Positions 18,391-27,398 of a stretch of 64,000 nucleotides of DNA are shown here, piece by piece; positions within the stretch are counted from its first letter, which is position 1, and every line of letters starts with the position of its first letter. The position numbers and the translations under genes are program-made. Below the pieces are notes generated by a model. It did no database searches. It had not been told where the DNA came from and worked only from the letters and a program-made list of their open reading frames with translations. Origin of the DNA: a virus; IMG/VR virus record IMGVR_UViG_3300045922_000293, positions 32,001 to 96,000 of that record; one strand, written 5' to 3'.

Positions 18391-18726
18391 GTGAGCCCCA
18401 TCTCACCCTTTGAACGGAGTATGAAGACGATGCGTCGTAGAGCACAACAAACGGTTTTGAATACGCCAGAAGACTGGCAAGTTTATATTAGTGGCTTGTC
18501 AGATGAGGATCTACAGGCTAAGGCACGCGGGGCGAATAGTCTTGAATTCGTCAAACAGCTTAAATCGGAGGCGATGACCCCCGATGTGATTACAGATATT
18601 CTCACGAGATTCGCGCTAGAGCTGCAATCTCGTGGTTTGCTTGTCCCTGAGCGAGGGGATGGGAGCTACTTATCTTATGCCGCCCTCCTTCGGGATACCA
18701 CGCCTGATGAGGATGTGGAGTTATAA
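18391..18726 (+). CDS. Hypothetical protein
   Basis: ORF in operon following the helicase. Confidence 0.6.
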   Translation: MSPISPFERSMKTMRRRAQQTVLNTPEDWQVYISGLSDEDLQAKARGANSLEFVKQLKSEAMTPDVITDILTRFALELQSRGLLVPERGDGSYLSYAALLRDTTPDEDVEL

Positions 18727-18747
18727 TGGTCTAAAGTAGAGGCTTGC

Positions 18748-19356
18748 ATGAAAGCGTTAGTACAGCTCTATCATAGTGTGGCTTCGGATCCTCTGCATCG
18801 GAATGTGATTGAGACGTTGCATGACCTTTCTCTAGAGAAAGGCTGGCAAAATAAGCCCGTCCGTATGGTGGACCGTATCAATTTAGCTCAATCACAGATG
18901 CTTCAAGATATTGTAGAGGAGTTAGAGGAAGATTATGGGGTAGATGTAGATTCCTTGGGTCTTACCTCTATCTCTGTTCGTAGCTTGAAATCGATGGATG
19001 GTATTTCAGAAAAGATGCTCCGCGAGATCGCCAAGTTTGGGGATATGCATCTTATCCTCCGTGATGATCTTGTGCAAGCGATCTCTCAATTTTGTGAGGG
19101 TCAGGGTCTAGGTAAAGCAAAAGAGACGTCATACTCTTATTCTTCTGGATTATTGACTTTGAATGTTTTGAAGGTCCCTAAGAAGGTGGATGCAGAGTTT
19201 CAAAATCTTTTCATTCGTGCGTTGACGGAGTATTTAATCAAACATGTGCCTAGCGCAGCAAACATGTTGAAGTCTGGCACGTTGATCAAGGCTGCCATTG
19301 AGGACCAGGGGACGTTGAAGATCTCTTGGAGCCCTAAGAGCGTGGAGTTGGTGTAA
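18748..19356 (+). CDS. Hypothetical protein
   Basis: ORF in operon; GAGG SD. Confidence 0.65.
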   Translation: MKALVQLYHSVASDPLHRNVIETLHDLSLEKGWQNKPVRMVDRINLAQSQMLQDIVEELEEDYGVDVDSLGLTSISVRSLKSMDGISEKMLREIAKFGDMHLILRDDLVQAISQFCEGQGLGKAKETSYSYSSGLLTLNVLKVPKKVDAEFQNLFIRALTEYLIKHVPSAANMLKSGTLIKAAIEDQGTLKISWSPKSVELV

Positions 19357-19358
19357 GG

Positions 19359-20723
19359 ATGTCTGGGTATCCTCCCTATAACAAGCGATACCCCCCTTTT
19401 GACGGGTATAAGGATCGCAAGACATCCCCGTTAGAATGGGAGGATACGCAGTACCCGTTGGCCCCGCTCAACGTGAACGTGCAATGGTCGTTTAACTCCA
19501 CGCTCCCCGCGATGGATCTCTACTGGGACCCGCCGCAGTGGCTGATCTTCAATGGTGTGTTCCGCATCATGGGCGTGAATATCTACCGTGCTCTCGATTC
19601 GGAATATGGGCCTTACTTCAGATTAAATACGGCCCCGTTAGGTTCTACTTTTTACAGGGATGAGACGATCAATCAGGACGTGGTAAATGAAGACGTAAGT
19701 TCTCAGTTTTTGGTCCGCCGTCCGGATCGATGTGTGTTCAAGGTTCAAAATTATCCCATTGTGAAAGCACACACCAACAATTTGTTAGCGGATCATCCCC
19801 TCGATGTCGCCGTGACCATAGATGGTGTCCCTGTACAGGTGGCTCGTGTCTGGGGTGAGACGGGTGAGGTGGAGTTGAGGACGGACATTCTCTATGACAG
19901 CTCTTCCAATGAGCGTACTTATCCGATCTTGCCGCGTGAAGATTCAGTTGTAACATGCTCCTATGCCTATAATGTCAACTTTATAACAAATACACTGAAC
20001 CAGCGTATCTTTTACCGAATGACAACGGTCGGTGTTGACGAGTTTACGGGGGAGATGCGGGAGACGCCCTTACATTTAAGTGAAGCCAAATACCATCATC
20101 AAATGGAAAATGTGGATTATATTTGGAAGGAGGCGATTCATCGCAATAAATGGATTTTGTATCAGGGTGGCGAGCGTGTTAAGGTGTTCATCCGTAAATA
20201 TGTTGGGCCTAAATGCTCTTGTTATGATCAGACAATAGGCCAGCCGCGTAATAATTGTCCCGTCTGCTTTGGTACGGGCGTTCGGGGTGGTTATGAAGGT
20301 CCCTTTGAGATCTTGATCGCGCCCCCCGAGGCGGAGAAGACGATCCGGCAGACGGAGATCGGATTGCGCCAGGAGCAACAGTATGAATCATGGACGGGTC
20401 CGTCCCCTTTATTGAATCAGCGTGATTTTTTGGTCAAGTTGAATGGGGACCGCTACTCCATCGGCGCGACACGTCTTCCCACCAATCGCGGAAATGTCTT
20501 GCAGCAACATTTTCAAGTGGGCCTGATTGATAGCCGCGACATCAGACAACAAGTGCCTGTGACGGGAACCTTACCCTTGGCCTATCCTCAAACGCGCACA
20601 AGGGATCATGATGAGGATGAATTGAGCGCCGTCACCTACCCCCAGATGACAGATAAGTGTAATATTGAGGCTGAGCGTGAGCAGCGCGGTAGAACGCCGA
20701 CATTTGAAAATATAGTCTATTAG
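19359..20723 (+). CDS. Putative neck/head-closure protein with FN3-like N-terminus and Zn finger
   Basis: LYWDPP...GVNIYR...YFRLN (FN3-like); CSC...CPVCFGTG; C-terminal beta domain typical of large-phage neck proteins. Confidence 0.6.
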   Translation: MSGYPPYNKRYPPFDGYKDRKTSPLEWEDTQYPLAPLNVNVQWSFNSTLPAMDLYWDPPQWLIFNGVFRIMGVNIYRALDSEYGPYFRLNTAPLGSTFYRDETINQDVVNEDVSSQFLVRRPDRCVFKVQNYPIVKAHTNNLLADHPLDVAVTIDGVPVQVARVWGETGEVELRTDILYDSSSNERTYPILPREDSVVTCSYAYNVNFITNTLNQRIFYRMTTVGVDEFTGEMRETPLHLSEAKYHHQMENVDYIWKEAIHRNKWILYQGGERVKVFIRKYVGPKCSCYDQTIGQPRNNCPVCFGTGVRGGYEGPFEILIAPPEAEKTIRQTEIGLRQEQQYESWTGPSPLLNQRDFLVKLNGDRYSIGATRLPTNRGNVLQQHFQVGLIDSRDIRQQVPVTGTLPLAYPQTRTRDHDEDELSAVTYPQMTDKCNIEAEREQRGRTPTFENIVY

Positions 20724-20732
20724 GAGACCCAC

Positions 20733-21299
20733 TTGATTATTACCCCAACATCTCATGCTCATCACGATTTGATCTCGATCTGTTTAAAACATTATCAAGG
20801 CATATGTTTTGCTCATGAGGGTATTCATCAAGACCGTGATGGTTTTCTAGAGGTGCATGTGCCTAGTTTTATCTTGACACATGACTTTTACAAGCAATTC
20901 TTTTCTCAGGTCTATAAAATAGCTTATAGGCATCGGAAAAGTCTTCTTAAAATTGCGGCGGTTGCGCATCCTGTAGATTCTGTGTCTATCGTACAGCCGT
21001 CTATAGATTTTGTGGACATGTTGAAAGTCACCGTAGATACCATGTATCAGGAATTTACTTTGAAATATGATGCGACGTGCCCCCATATAGTGACCGCGGT
21101 GTCGTCCCCTTCATCTTCCCATAAATTTTACCAAGCAATTCAAGCCCCCCAAATTCAGCATGTATTTAGAAAAGCCAAGGCAAAACGGCTTCTTTTCCAC
21201 CTTATAAAGGGGGATGAGACTCTCCCTCAAAAGACATCATGGTCTACACAACCCATTGTATCATTTTTGAGGATTGAAGATCTTTATGAGGAAATATAA
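20733..21299 (+). CDS. Hypothetical protein
   Basis: AGGAG SD with TTG start. Confidence 0.55.
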   Translation: MIITPTSHAHHDLISICLKHYQGICFAHEGIHQDRDGFLEVHVPSFILTHDFYKQFFSQVYKIAYRHRKSLLKIAAVAHPVDSVSIVQPSIDFVDMLKVTVDTMYQEFTLKYDATCPHIVTAVSSPSSSHKFYQAIQAPQIQHVFRKAKAKRLLFHLIKGDETLPQKTSWSTQPIVSFLRIEDLYEEI

Positions 21300-21777
21300 C
21301 AAAAATCAAAACAGAAAGAGGGGTTTAAGTAACCTTGAGAGTAAGATTCAAGTCAGTAAAAATAAGGCTTTTGAGACTCGTTTGAGAAAGCAATTGCTTC
21401 AAGTGTTTAGGTTAGCAATTTTCCAAAGTAGATTTAAGCGCACTCCTAGGCGTTTTCTCAGGGCTGCGAACATAGAATTCAAAGACAATACAATCTGTGC
21501 GTATATAGATGCTGAGGGCGTCACGGCGCAAGATCAAGGAGTGCGTCGCCACTACATGACCTATCTTCGTGGAGCGGGCCCGGTGATGATCAAGCAGGGG
21601 GTGTTTAGGAAAGCTCCGGCTAAAAACAGCCTCATAGCGGACCAATGGCTTCATAAAGGCTACAAGGGTAAAAAATTCATGCAACGCGCGCGCGCGCGGA
21701 TGTTAGAGGTCCTCAAGAAAGAGCTTGCACAACACACCAAAAAAATGCTATTTGGCCGTCTAAGGGGCCAGAAATAG
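21274..21777 (+). CDS. Basic protein, HK97-gp10-like/neck-associated (putative)
   Basis: QDQGVRRHYM...WLHKGYKGKKFMQRA resembles the HPG..(A)..F..RA end of gp10-like proteins. Likely start 21286. Confidence 0.5.
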   Translation: MKIFMRKYNKNQNRKRGLSNLESKIQVSKNKAFETRLRKQLLQVFRLAIFQSRFKRTPRRFLRAANIEFKDNTICAYIDAEGVTAQDQGVRRHYMTYLRGAGPVMIKQGVFRKAPAKNSLIADQWLHKGYKGKKFMQRARARMLEVLKKELAQHTKKMLFGRLRGQK

Positions 21778-21792
21778 CAATGAAGATCACCT

Positions 21793-22467
21793 ATGAAATT
21801 CAGGTTTTTTTTAATTCTGTTCTTAGTGGAGGGATGGATACAGCATAGGATCAACAGGATGCAAGGATCTTTTAATGTTACGGTCTTGTGGCGGATTAAA
21901 AACAAAACGACTGCCACGTTGCACATGAAAGATTTAGGGGTGACATTAGAATCTGGGGGGGAATGTGAGATCGTTCAAGATCGCGCTTCATGGTCCCGTG
22001 ATCTTCAAGACGCGTTGAGGACGGGTCGTGCAGAGCGCGTAGGGATCAGTCATCTTGAAGACCCCTCTTCTATGCCGATTCCAACCCCCGCTCTAAAGCG
22101 CTCACCCCCTAAATCTTTGCAAAGTCCCCGTGAGATCTCCTTACCCCCCACCGTGGATCCGACAACGGAGATGGTTGCGGCGCTGAAGGTCAATAATGAC
22201 CTTTTGACGAAGGTGGTAGACTTGTTATCCCGACCCCAAGCGGTGCCTACTCGTTTTGTGCCAGATAGTGCCCCAACGTATGCTCAAGATCGCATTCCTT
22301 GCCCTCGTGAGGAGGATCATGCGGTGTTTATCCCTAACTTTAAGATCGATGAGTCGAAGATCAGCGTTGAGGGGGATATCGCTCGGGAAGAGAGCGCGAA
22401 CGCGGAAGCATCCAAAGATGCCTCGGCGGCCTTGAAGCGGCTCAAGGCCAAAAATAAAAAGGCATAA
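21793..22467 (+). CDS. Hypothetical protein (true start probably downstream of 21876)
   Basis: Contains the ATCTTTTAAT motif at 21867-21876 inside the annotated 5' part. Pro-rich linker and basic C-terminal helix. Confidence 0.6.
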   Translation: MKFRFFLILFLVEGWIQHRINRMQGSFNVTVLWRIKNKTTATLHMKDLGVTLESGGECEIVQDRASWSRDLQDALRTGRAERVGISHLEDPSSMPIPTPALKRSPPKSLQSPREISLPPTVDPTTEMVAALKVNNDLLTKVVDLLSRPQAVPTRFVPDSAPTYAQDRIPCPREEDHAVFIPNFKIDESKISVEGDIAREESANAEASKDASAALKRLKAKNKKA

Positions 22468-22605
22468 GACTCTTTAGGGTATCCCCCGCCTACGCTGAAA
22501 GCGTAGGAAAATAGGTTGTGTTGTGATGATGCTTGTTATAGAGTGTTGTCGTGAGGTTCGCGGGATAGCGATAGCGCAACCTCATACCAAGTCTCCTCCG
22601 CTGAG

Positions 22606-23781
22606 ATGCGAAAGAGCGGATATAAACGTGAGGAAAAGGTGCAAACCCCACATGATTGTGATATTTCTCCTGCCTCACCACGGTGGGGGGATTATGGAAT
22701 GGCGGTCAAGCGTAAGCGTGGCCGGCCTAGAAAACACCCACAACAAGAGGAAGGAAGTAGCATGAATAGTGATAGCATTGAGCTGGTCGAAAATGGCGTG
22801 GGTTTGGATATTGGCACAATGAATATTGTGTCTGCCCGCCAACAGGAGGATCGCGTTCTGTTCCGTAAACAGCGCGACGCATTCTTTGATTTGGATATCA
22901 CCGCAAAGCCTATGCTGAGGTTGAATAGGGTTCCGTTCATTCAGCAAGATGATCGCTTGATCATCCTTGGGGATTCGGCACTTGCCTTTGCCAATGTGTT
23001 CAATAGGGAATTGCGTCGCCCCTTATCACAGGGGCTCATCTCGAATACAGATCGTGAGGGGGCGGAGATTCTTCAAATTCTGATCCAAAACACGATCGGG
23101 AAGCCTCAGGGGGATCAAGAAACGTGTTGCTTTAGCGTCCCCGGCAATCCTGTGGATCTGCCGGGCCGTGATAATGTGTATCATCGCGGGGTGTTCTCCA
23201 ACATCCTCAAGGGTCTTGGGTATAAACCTATTGCGTCGAATGAGGCCCTTGCGGTCATCTTCAGCGAGACCGCGCCTGAGATGTTCAGTGGCGTCGCGCT
23301 ATCCTTCGGCGCTGGCATGGTCAACATCTCCTGCGCCTATCAGACTCAGGCGGTGCAAGCTCTTCAGTTTGCGGTTGCGCGGTCGGGTGATTATATTGAT
23401 CAACAATCGGCACAATCCCTAGGCTTAACGGCGGCGAAAATGTGCAAGATCAAAGAGGATGGCATTGATCTTCGTAGCCCTTCTACGCAAGAGGAGAGCG
23501 CGCTTGCGTTCTATTATCAAGAGGTGATTCGCTATGCCTTGGGTCACATCGTAGATCGCTATAAAATGACGGCGGGTCAGAGCATCAGCTTCCCCGAAGC
23601 TGTTCCGATGATTCTAAGTGGCGGCACGACACTCGTGAAGGGATTTCACGAGTTGTTCAGTGCAGAGTTTGAGCGCTGCCGCAAGAAGTTTCCGATCCCA
23701 ATCAGTGAGATTCGCATGGCGACAGACCCCCTCAATGCCGTCGCTAGTGGACTCTTGATTCAAGCGCAGCAGGAAGACTGA
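22606..23781 (+). CDS. Actin-fold ATPase (MreB/ParM/FtsA superfamily)
   Basis: GLDIGTMNI (phosphate 1), NEALAV (connect 1), SFGAGMVN (phosphate 2), LSGGTT (adenosine), AVASG (connect 2). Likely starts are 22699 or 22762. Confidence 0.85.
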   Translation: MRKSGYKREEKVQTPHDCDISPASPRWGDYGMAVKRKRGRPRKHPQQEEGSSMNSDSIELVENGVGLDIGTMNIVSARQQEDRVLFRKQRDAFFDLDITAKPMLRLNRVPFIQQDDRLIILGDSALAFANVFNRELRRPLSQGLISNTDREGAEILQILIQNTIGKPQGDQETCCFSVPGNPVDLPGRDNVYHRGVFSNILKGLGYKPIASNEALAVIFSETAPEMFSGVALSFGAGMVNISCAYQTQAVQALQFAVARSGDYIDQQSAQSLGLTAAKMCKIKEDGIDLRSPSTQEESALAFYYQEVIRYALGHIVDRYKMTAGQSISFPEAVPMILSGGTTLVKGFHELFSAEFERCRKKFPIPISEIRMATDPLNAVASGLLIQAQQED

Positions 23782-23984
23782 TTAGATACTCAGGGGCAGG
23801 ACCCTCCTTTCAATGGGGGATTCTAAAAAGAGGTCTGAAAATGCGTGAGAAGGATGGGGTTGACTCTCCTCTTAGAACGTCCTAAATGAGACTAAAATTG
23901 ACCGTTAAAGCCCTCGTATGCTTCTCAAAGCTAAGAGGGTTTTAATGAGATCGTCCATGGTAAACATAGGTTCCATCTCGCGCC

Positions 23985-25787
23985 ATGAATTATCAATATC
24001 TCACGACATCCATCAAGCGGAGGATGCTTGAAGACCTGAAGCGGCACTTCAGCTACATCCCTCAGCACAAAGATATTGTTGAGCACATCCGCTACAAGTA
24101 CGACTTCAAGGAGAGGCCCCAGAAAGGCATCTTCTTGATGAACGTATCTGCCACCCCCATGAAGCTGTCTACAGATAACTACATGGCGGGATTGCATTCT
24201 TATGTGATGCTCGGAAAACTTGATCTTGGTACATCACGGCCAAGCGGAATGTTCGTGGATTGGGTCAAGGAAGATACGGAATTAATTGAACGTAACAAAG
24301 GCATCCCGCCTGCTTTTGCAGGGCAGTACAATCTTGAAATTCAATCCCGCATCGATCCATCTACGAAAGAAACGGAATGGGATCTGTATGTGGACCCCAT
24401 TTACAAGGTGCTTCAGGAGCCTTTGCTCACATTCGTTACGGGCAATGAAACTTCTGCAAATCTTCAAAACATCCCTGTCTACCCGAATAGCCCGCGCCTG
24501 TATCTCAATGGGCGTACACAACTCCTAAGCGGACCTGTGTTCAGTCTTCAAGCCAATCAAAGTCTCATCATTCATGATCCCCTCTTTGGTTTACCTCAAG
24601 GTCAGATCCGTGTGAGGGCGTTGTCCCCACAGATGGCCCCGTACACTATTGTGGCGGGCGTGAATGATGTGTTGGCTTTTGAAGTGAACGGCACCCCCGT
24701 CACGGTGCTTCTTCCCCCAGGCGTGTATACAGCACAGCAGATGAAACAGGAGATTGACGCTGCCGCTCATGCGGAGAGTCTGTTTGCACCCGAGTATATC
24801 ACGAATGTGGTGGGGGATCAGCTTGAGATCACGGGAATCACGTCTGTATTTTTTGAGGATCATATCTTTTCCCCCGCCTCCCCCACTCTCGGCTTCCCCT
24901 CCGCTAGCTTTATTCCCCCTATTGCGCAGGGGGTGCTTTTCAGGCCCCGTGTATTGGACCATCAAAATGTCATGACCTTGATTCTGGACGGTATTGAGTA
25001 TGCCATCATCTTTGAGCCCGGCATGTATAAAGATGCTGTGGAGATTCGGGATAGGATTCAAGATCAATTGCCCGTTGGGGTAACCTTAGTGTTACAAGAT
25101 GGGGGGGAGTACACAGTGGATAACGTGACGGGTGCGGTGACGTTCCATGTGGCGTTTAGCCCCGGTGATCACGTGATTGCGGATTATTCTTATCACGGGC
25201 CCTCCCGCGGGCCTATAGCCGTAAAGAAGAATCAAGAGGTGCGCCATGCCGTGGAAGGCGCGATGATAGCCCTTGGCGAGTCCTTTGAAGATAAAGATAA
25301 GTGTTTCATCTTGATTTTACCCCATCGTGTTCATACCGCGGATTTGTATGGGGGTAAGACTGAGATAAGTTTGGATTTTGATATTATCGCCCGTGATCCG
25401 ATGGATCGTGAGAGCCTTGTTGACATTCTTACGATGTATTTTCATCATTATGAAAATGAGCGGTTTGCTGAGGAGGGCTTAGGTATTACAAGTGTGAGCG
25501 GGGGTGGTGAGAGTGAAGAGGTCTATGATGATGTGGGGGACGATTATTTCTACAAAAGTAGTGTGAGTGTGTCTCTCCAAAGTGATTGGGAGGTAGCAGT
25601 GCCGCGCCCCCTCACCATTGAAAAGATTTTGCCCGTGACGTATGAGCAGGAGGCTTTATTAGCTGCGCGGGAGCGTGACATTCTCCCTCATGATCAGGTT
25701 TTGCGCCCCGTAGTGTCCGTGACTCAAGAAGAGATAAAAGAGAAGGCACGGCGTGGTTTGACACCCTTTAAAGAGAGAATCCACTGA
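23985..25787 (+). CDS. Putative tail terminator/neck protein with inserted surface domains
   Basis: Conserved-looking N- and C-terminal halves interrupted by beta modules shared with the sheath; lies upstream of the sheath. Confidence 0.5.
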   Translation: MNYQYLTTSIKRRMLEDLKRHFSYIPQHKDIVEHIRYKYDFKERPQKGIFLMNVSATPMKLSTDNYMAGLHSYVMLGKLDLGTSRPSGMFVDWVKEDTELIERNKGIPPAFAGQYNLEIQSRIDPSTKETEWDLYVDPIYKVLQEPLLTFVTGNETSANLQNIPVYPNSPRLYLNGRTQLLSGPVFSLQANQSLIIHDPLFGLPQGQIRVRALSPQMAPYTIVAGVNDVLAFEVNGTPVTVLLPPGVYTAQQMKQEIDAAAHAESLFAPEYITNVVGDQLEITGITSVFFEDHIFSPASPTLGFPSASFIPPIAQGVLFRPRVLDHQNVMTLILDGIEYAIIFEPGMYKDAVEIRDRIQDQLPVGVTLVLQDGGEYTVDNVTGAVTFHVAFSPGDHVIADYSYHGPSRGPIAVKKNQEVRHAVEGAMIALGESFEDKDKCFILILPHRVHTADLYGGKTEISLDFDIIARDPMDRESLVDILTMYFHHYENERFAEEGLGITSVSGGGESEEVYDDVGDDYFYKSSVSVSLQSDWEVAVPRPLTIEKILPVTYEQEALLAARERDILPHDQVLRPVVSVTQEEIKEKARRGLTPFKERIH

Positions 25788-25789
25788 TT

Positions 25790-26236
25790 ATGCCTATTTT
25801 TAAGTTTGATTGCCCTGAATGTGGGTTGACGTTTGAAAAATTGGTTCAAAACCGCAACATAAAAGAGATGGAGTGTATTCATTGTGCTTTCACTGCTCAA
25901 AAGCGCCTTAGCGCGTTCAATTCACAGTTTGCGGACGCTAAAAATGCATCACGCGGATTCTCAGGTGTTTATGATCTTGATGTCAATTTAGACAAAAATT
26001 TAGGGCGTGATGCACAAAACCGCTGGGAGATCATTAAGAATCGTGAGTCTCAAAAAGATCGTATGCATGCATCCGTTGCGCAGCAAACAGGGGTGAAAGA
26101 CGCTAGGGTGGCGCTCAAGCGTGATCTTGATTTGAAGGAGCCCGTGTATGAACCCATGACCCGTCAAGAGGTTCTGACGAACGTGAAGTTAAGGCGTGAG
26201 GCCCGGGCTTATGAAGCGGAAATGAAAAAGGGTTAG
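25790..26236 (+). CDS. FmdB-family zinc-ribbon protein
   Basis: MPIFKFDCPECGLTFE...CIHC...KRLS. Confidence 0.8.
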   Translation: MPIFKFDCPECGLTFEKLVQNRNIKEMECIHCAFTAQKRLSAFNSQFADAKNASRGFSGVYDLDVNLDKNLGRDAQNRWEIIKNRESQKDRMHASVAQQTGVKDARVALKRDLDLKEPVYEPMTRQEVLTNVKLRREARAYEAEMKKG

Positions 26237-26293
26237 AGTTTTTATGTGAGGGGATGTGTGCTCCTACCTTTCACATCTATCTAAAAACAAGGT

Positions 26294-27238
26294 ATGTTTT
26301 ATCCTATGTATCAAAAGCCTGTGAGCGTGCAGAAGAGCTTATCCGTTATATCTGTAGAGTCTACCGCGTTTGATGTGCTGGCTAGTGAGGGTCGTATTGC
26401 CTCGGAAAGATTAACCTCGCAGATGCTTTATCCTAATATGCCTCTCATCGTGATCTGTGAGGAGAACGGGCAGAAGCATTCTTTACTGGCCATTGCGCTG
26501 AAAGAAGAAGATAAGGAAAAGCGTACAATTACGGTACATAAGGTGTCACATGGCAAAGACGGCGGGAGTGTTAACGGGATCAAACCCCGTAATAAAGAGC
26601 AGAGCTTGTTATTAGCTCTGCTCCAAATGATGCATGTGCGAGTGCTTGTCGTCACAGGTCCGGCGGGTACGGGTAAGAGCTTGTGTATTGCAGCGCATGC
26701 TTTTGAGGTGATCAGTAAGACCAAAGATATGAAGTTGGTCTTGACGAAGCCCTTAGAGATCGTGACGGGGACGCGTTTTTGGGGTACCATGCCCGGAAAT
26801 GCAGATGAGAAGTTTGAGCCTTTTCTTAAATCTTTTTCAGTTCTCTTTGAGTCCATCTCGCCAAGGGGTGCGAGTACCCGTGAATATGTGGATGGATTGT
26901 TAAAGAGCAAGCGCATCGAATTCTATCCCTTAGAAGTGATGCGCGGGGTGTCTCACCGAAATAGTTATGTGTGGTATGATGAAGCGCAAAACATGGATTG
27001 TCATGAAATGCTTACATTAGGATCACGCATTGATGATGTGGGACAGAGCCGTCTTGTTTTATCAGGTGATTTGTATCAACAGGATCGTCATATCGCCCGT
27101 CCTGAAACAGGCTTGCACCACCTTGTGACCTCAAAGCATTTCTTGGAGTCCCCTCACACGGCACACATGGATCTCAATAAGATTGAGCGGGGCGTCGTGT
27201 GTCAGCTATTCCATGATATCTTCAGTGGTCTCGCCTAG
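26294..27238 (+). CDS. phoH: PhoH-family ATPase
   Basis: IKPRNKEQ, GPAGTGKS, MPG..DEK, MRG.S, DEAQN, GDLYQQD. Confidence 0.9.
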   Translation: MFYPMYQKPVSVQKSLSVISVESTAFDVLASEGRIASERLTSQMLYPNMPLIVICEENGQKHSLLAIALKEEDKEKRTITVHKVSHGKDGGSVNGIKPRNKEQSLLLALLQMMHVRVLVVTGPAGTGKSLCIAAHAFEVISKTKDMKLVLTKPLEIVTGTRFWGTMPGNADEKFEPFLKSFSVLFESISPRGASTREYVDGLLKSKRIEFYPLEVMRGVSHRNSYVWYDEAQNMDCHEMLTLGSRIDDVGQSRLVLSGDLYQQDRHIARPETGLHHLVTSKHFLESPHTAHMDLNKIERGVVCQLFHDIFSGLA

Positions 27239-27272
27239 ACATGATCCGATCTTAGATCGTCTTTCGCGAAAT

Positions 27273-27325
27273 TCCTTTTAATACCCCACCGTGTTTAAAG
27301 CCTTCGTGTAAGAAGGTCTTTTTAT
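27273..27325 (+). promoter_or_regulatory. Two variant late-promoter motifs upstream of the sheath (TCCTTTTAAT, GTCTTTTTAT)
   Basis: At 27273-27282 and 27316-27325. Confidence 0.4.
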
Positions 27326-27398
27326 CAAGCCGCTATCTTTGCCATACGGCAAAGAATCCGGATATGATTTTAAAAGTGAATAGATAAAAGCGAAGGAC

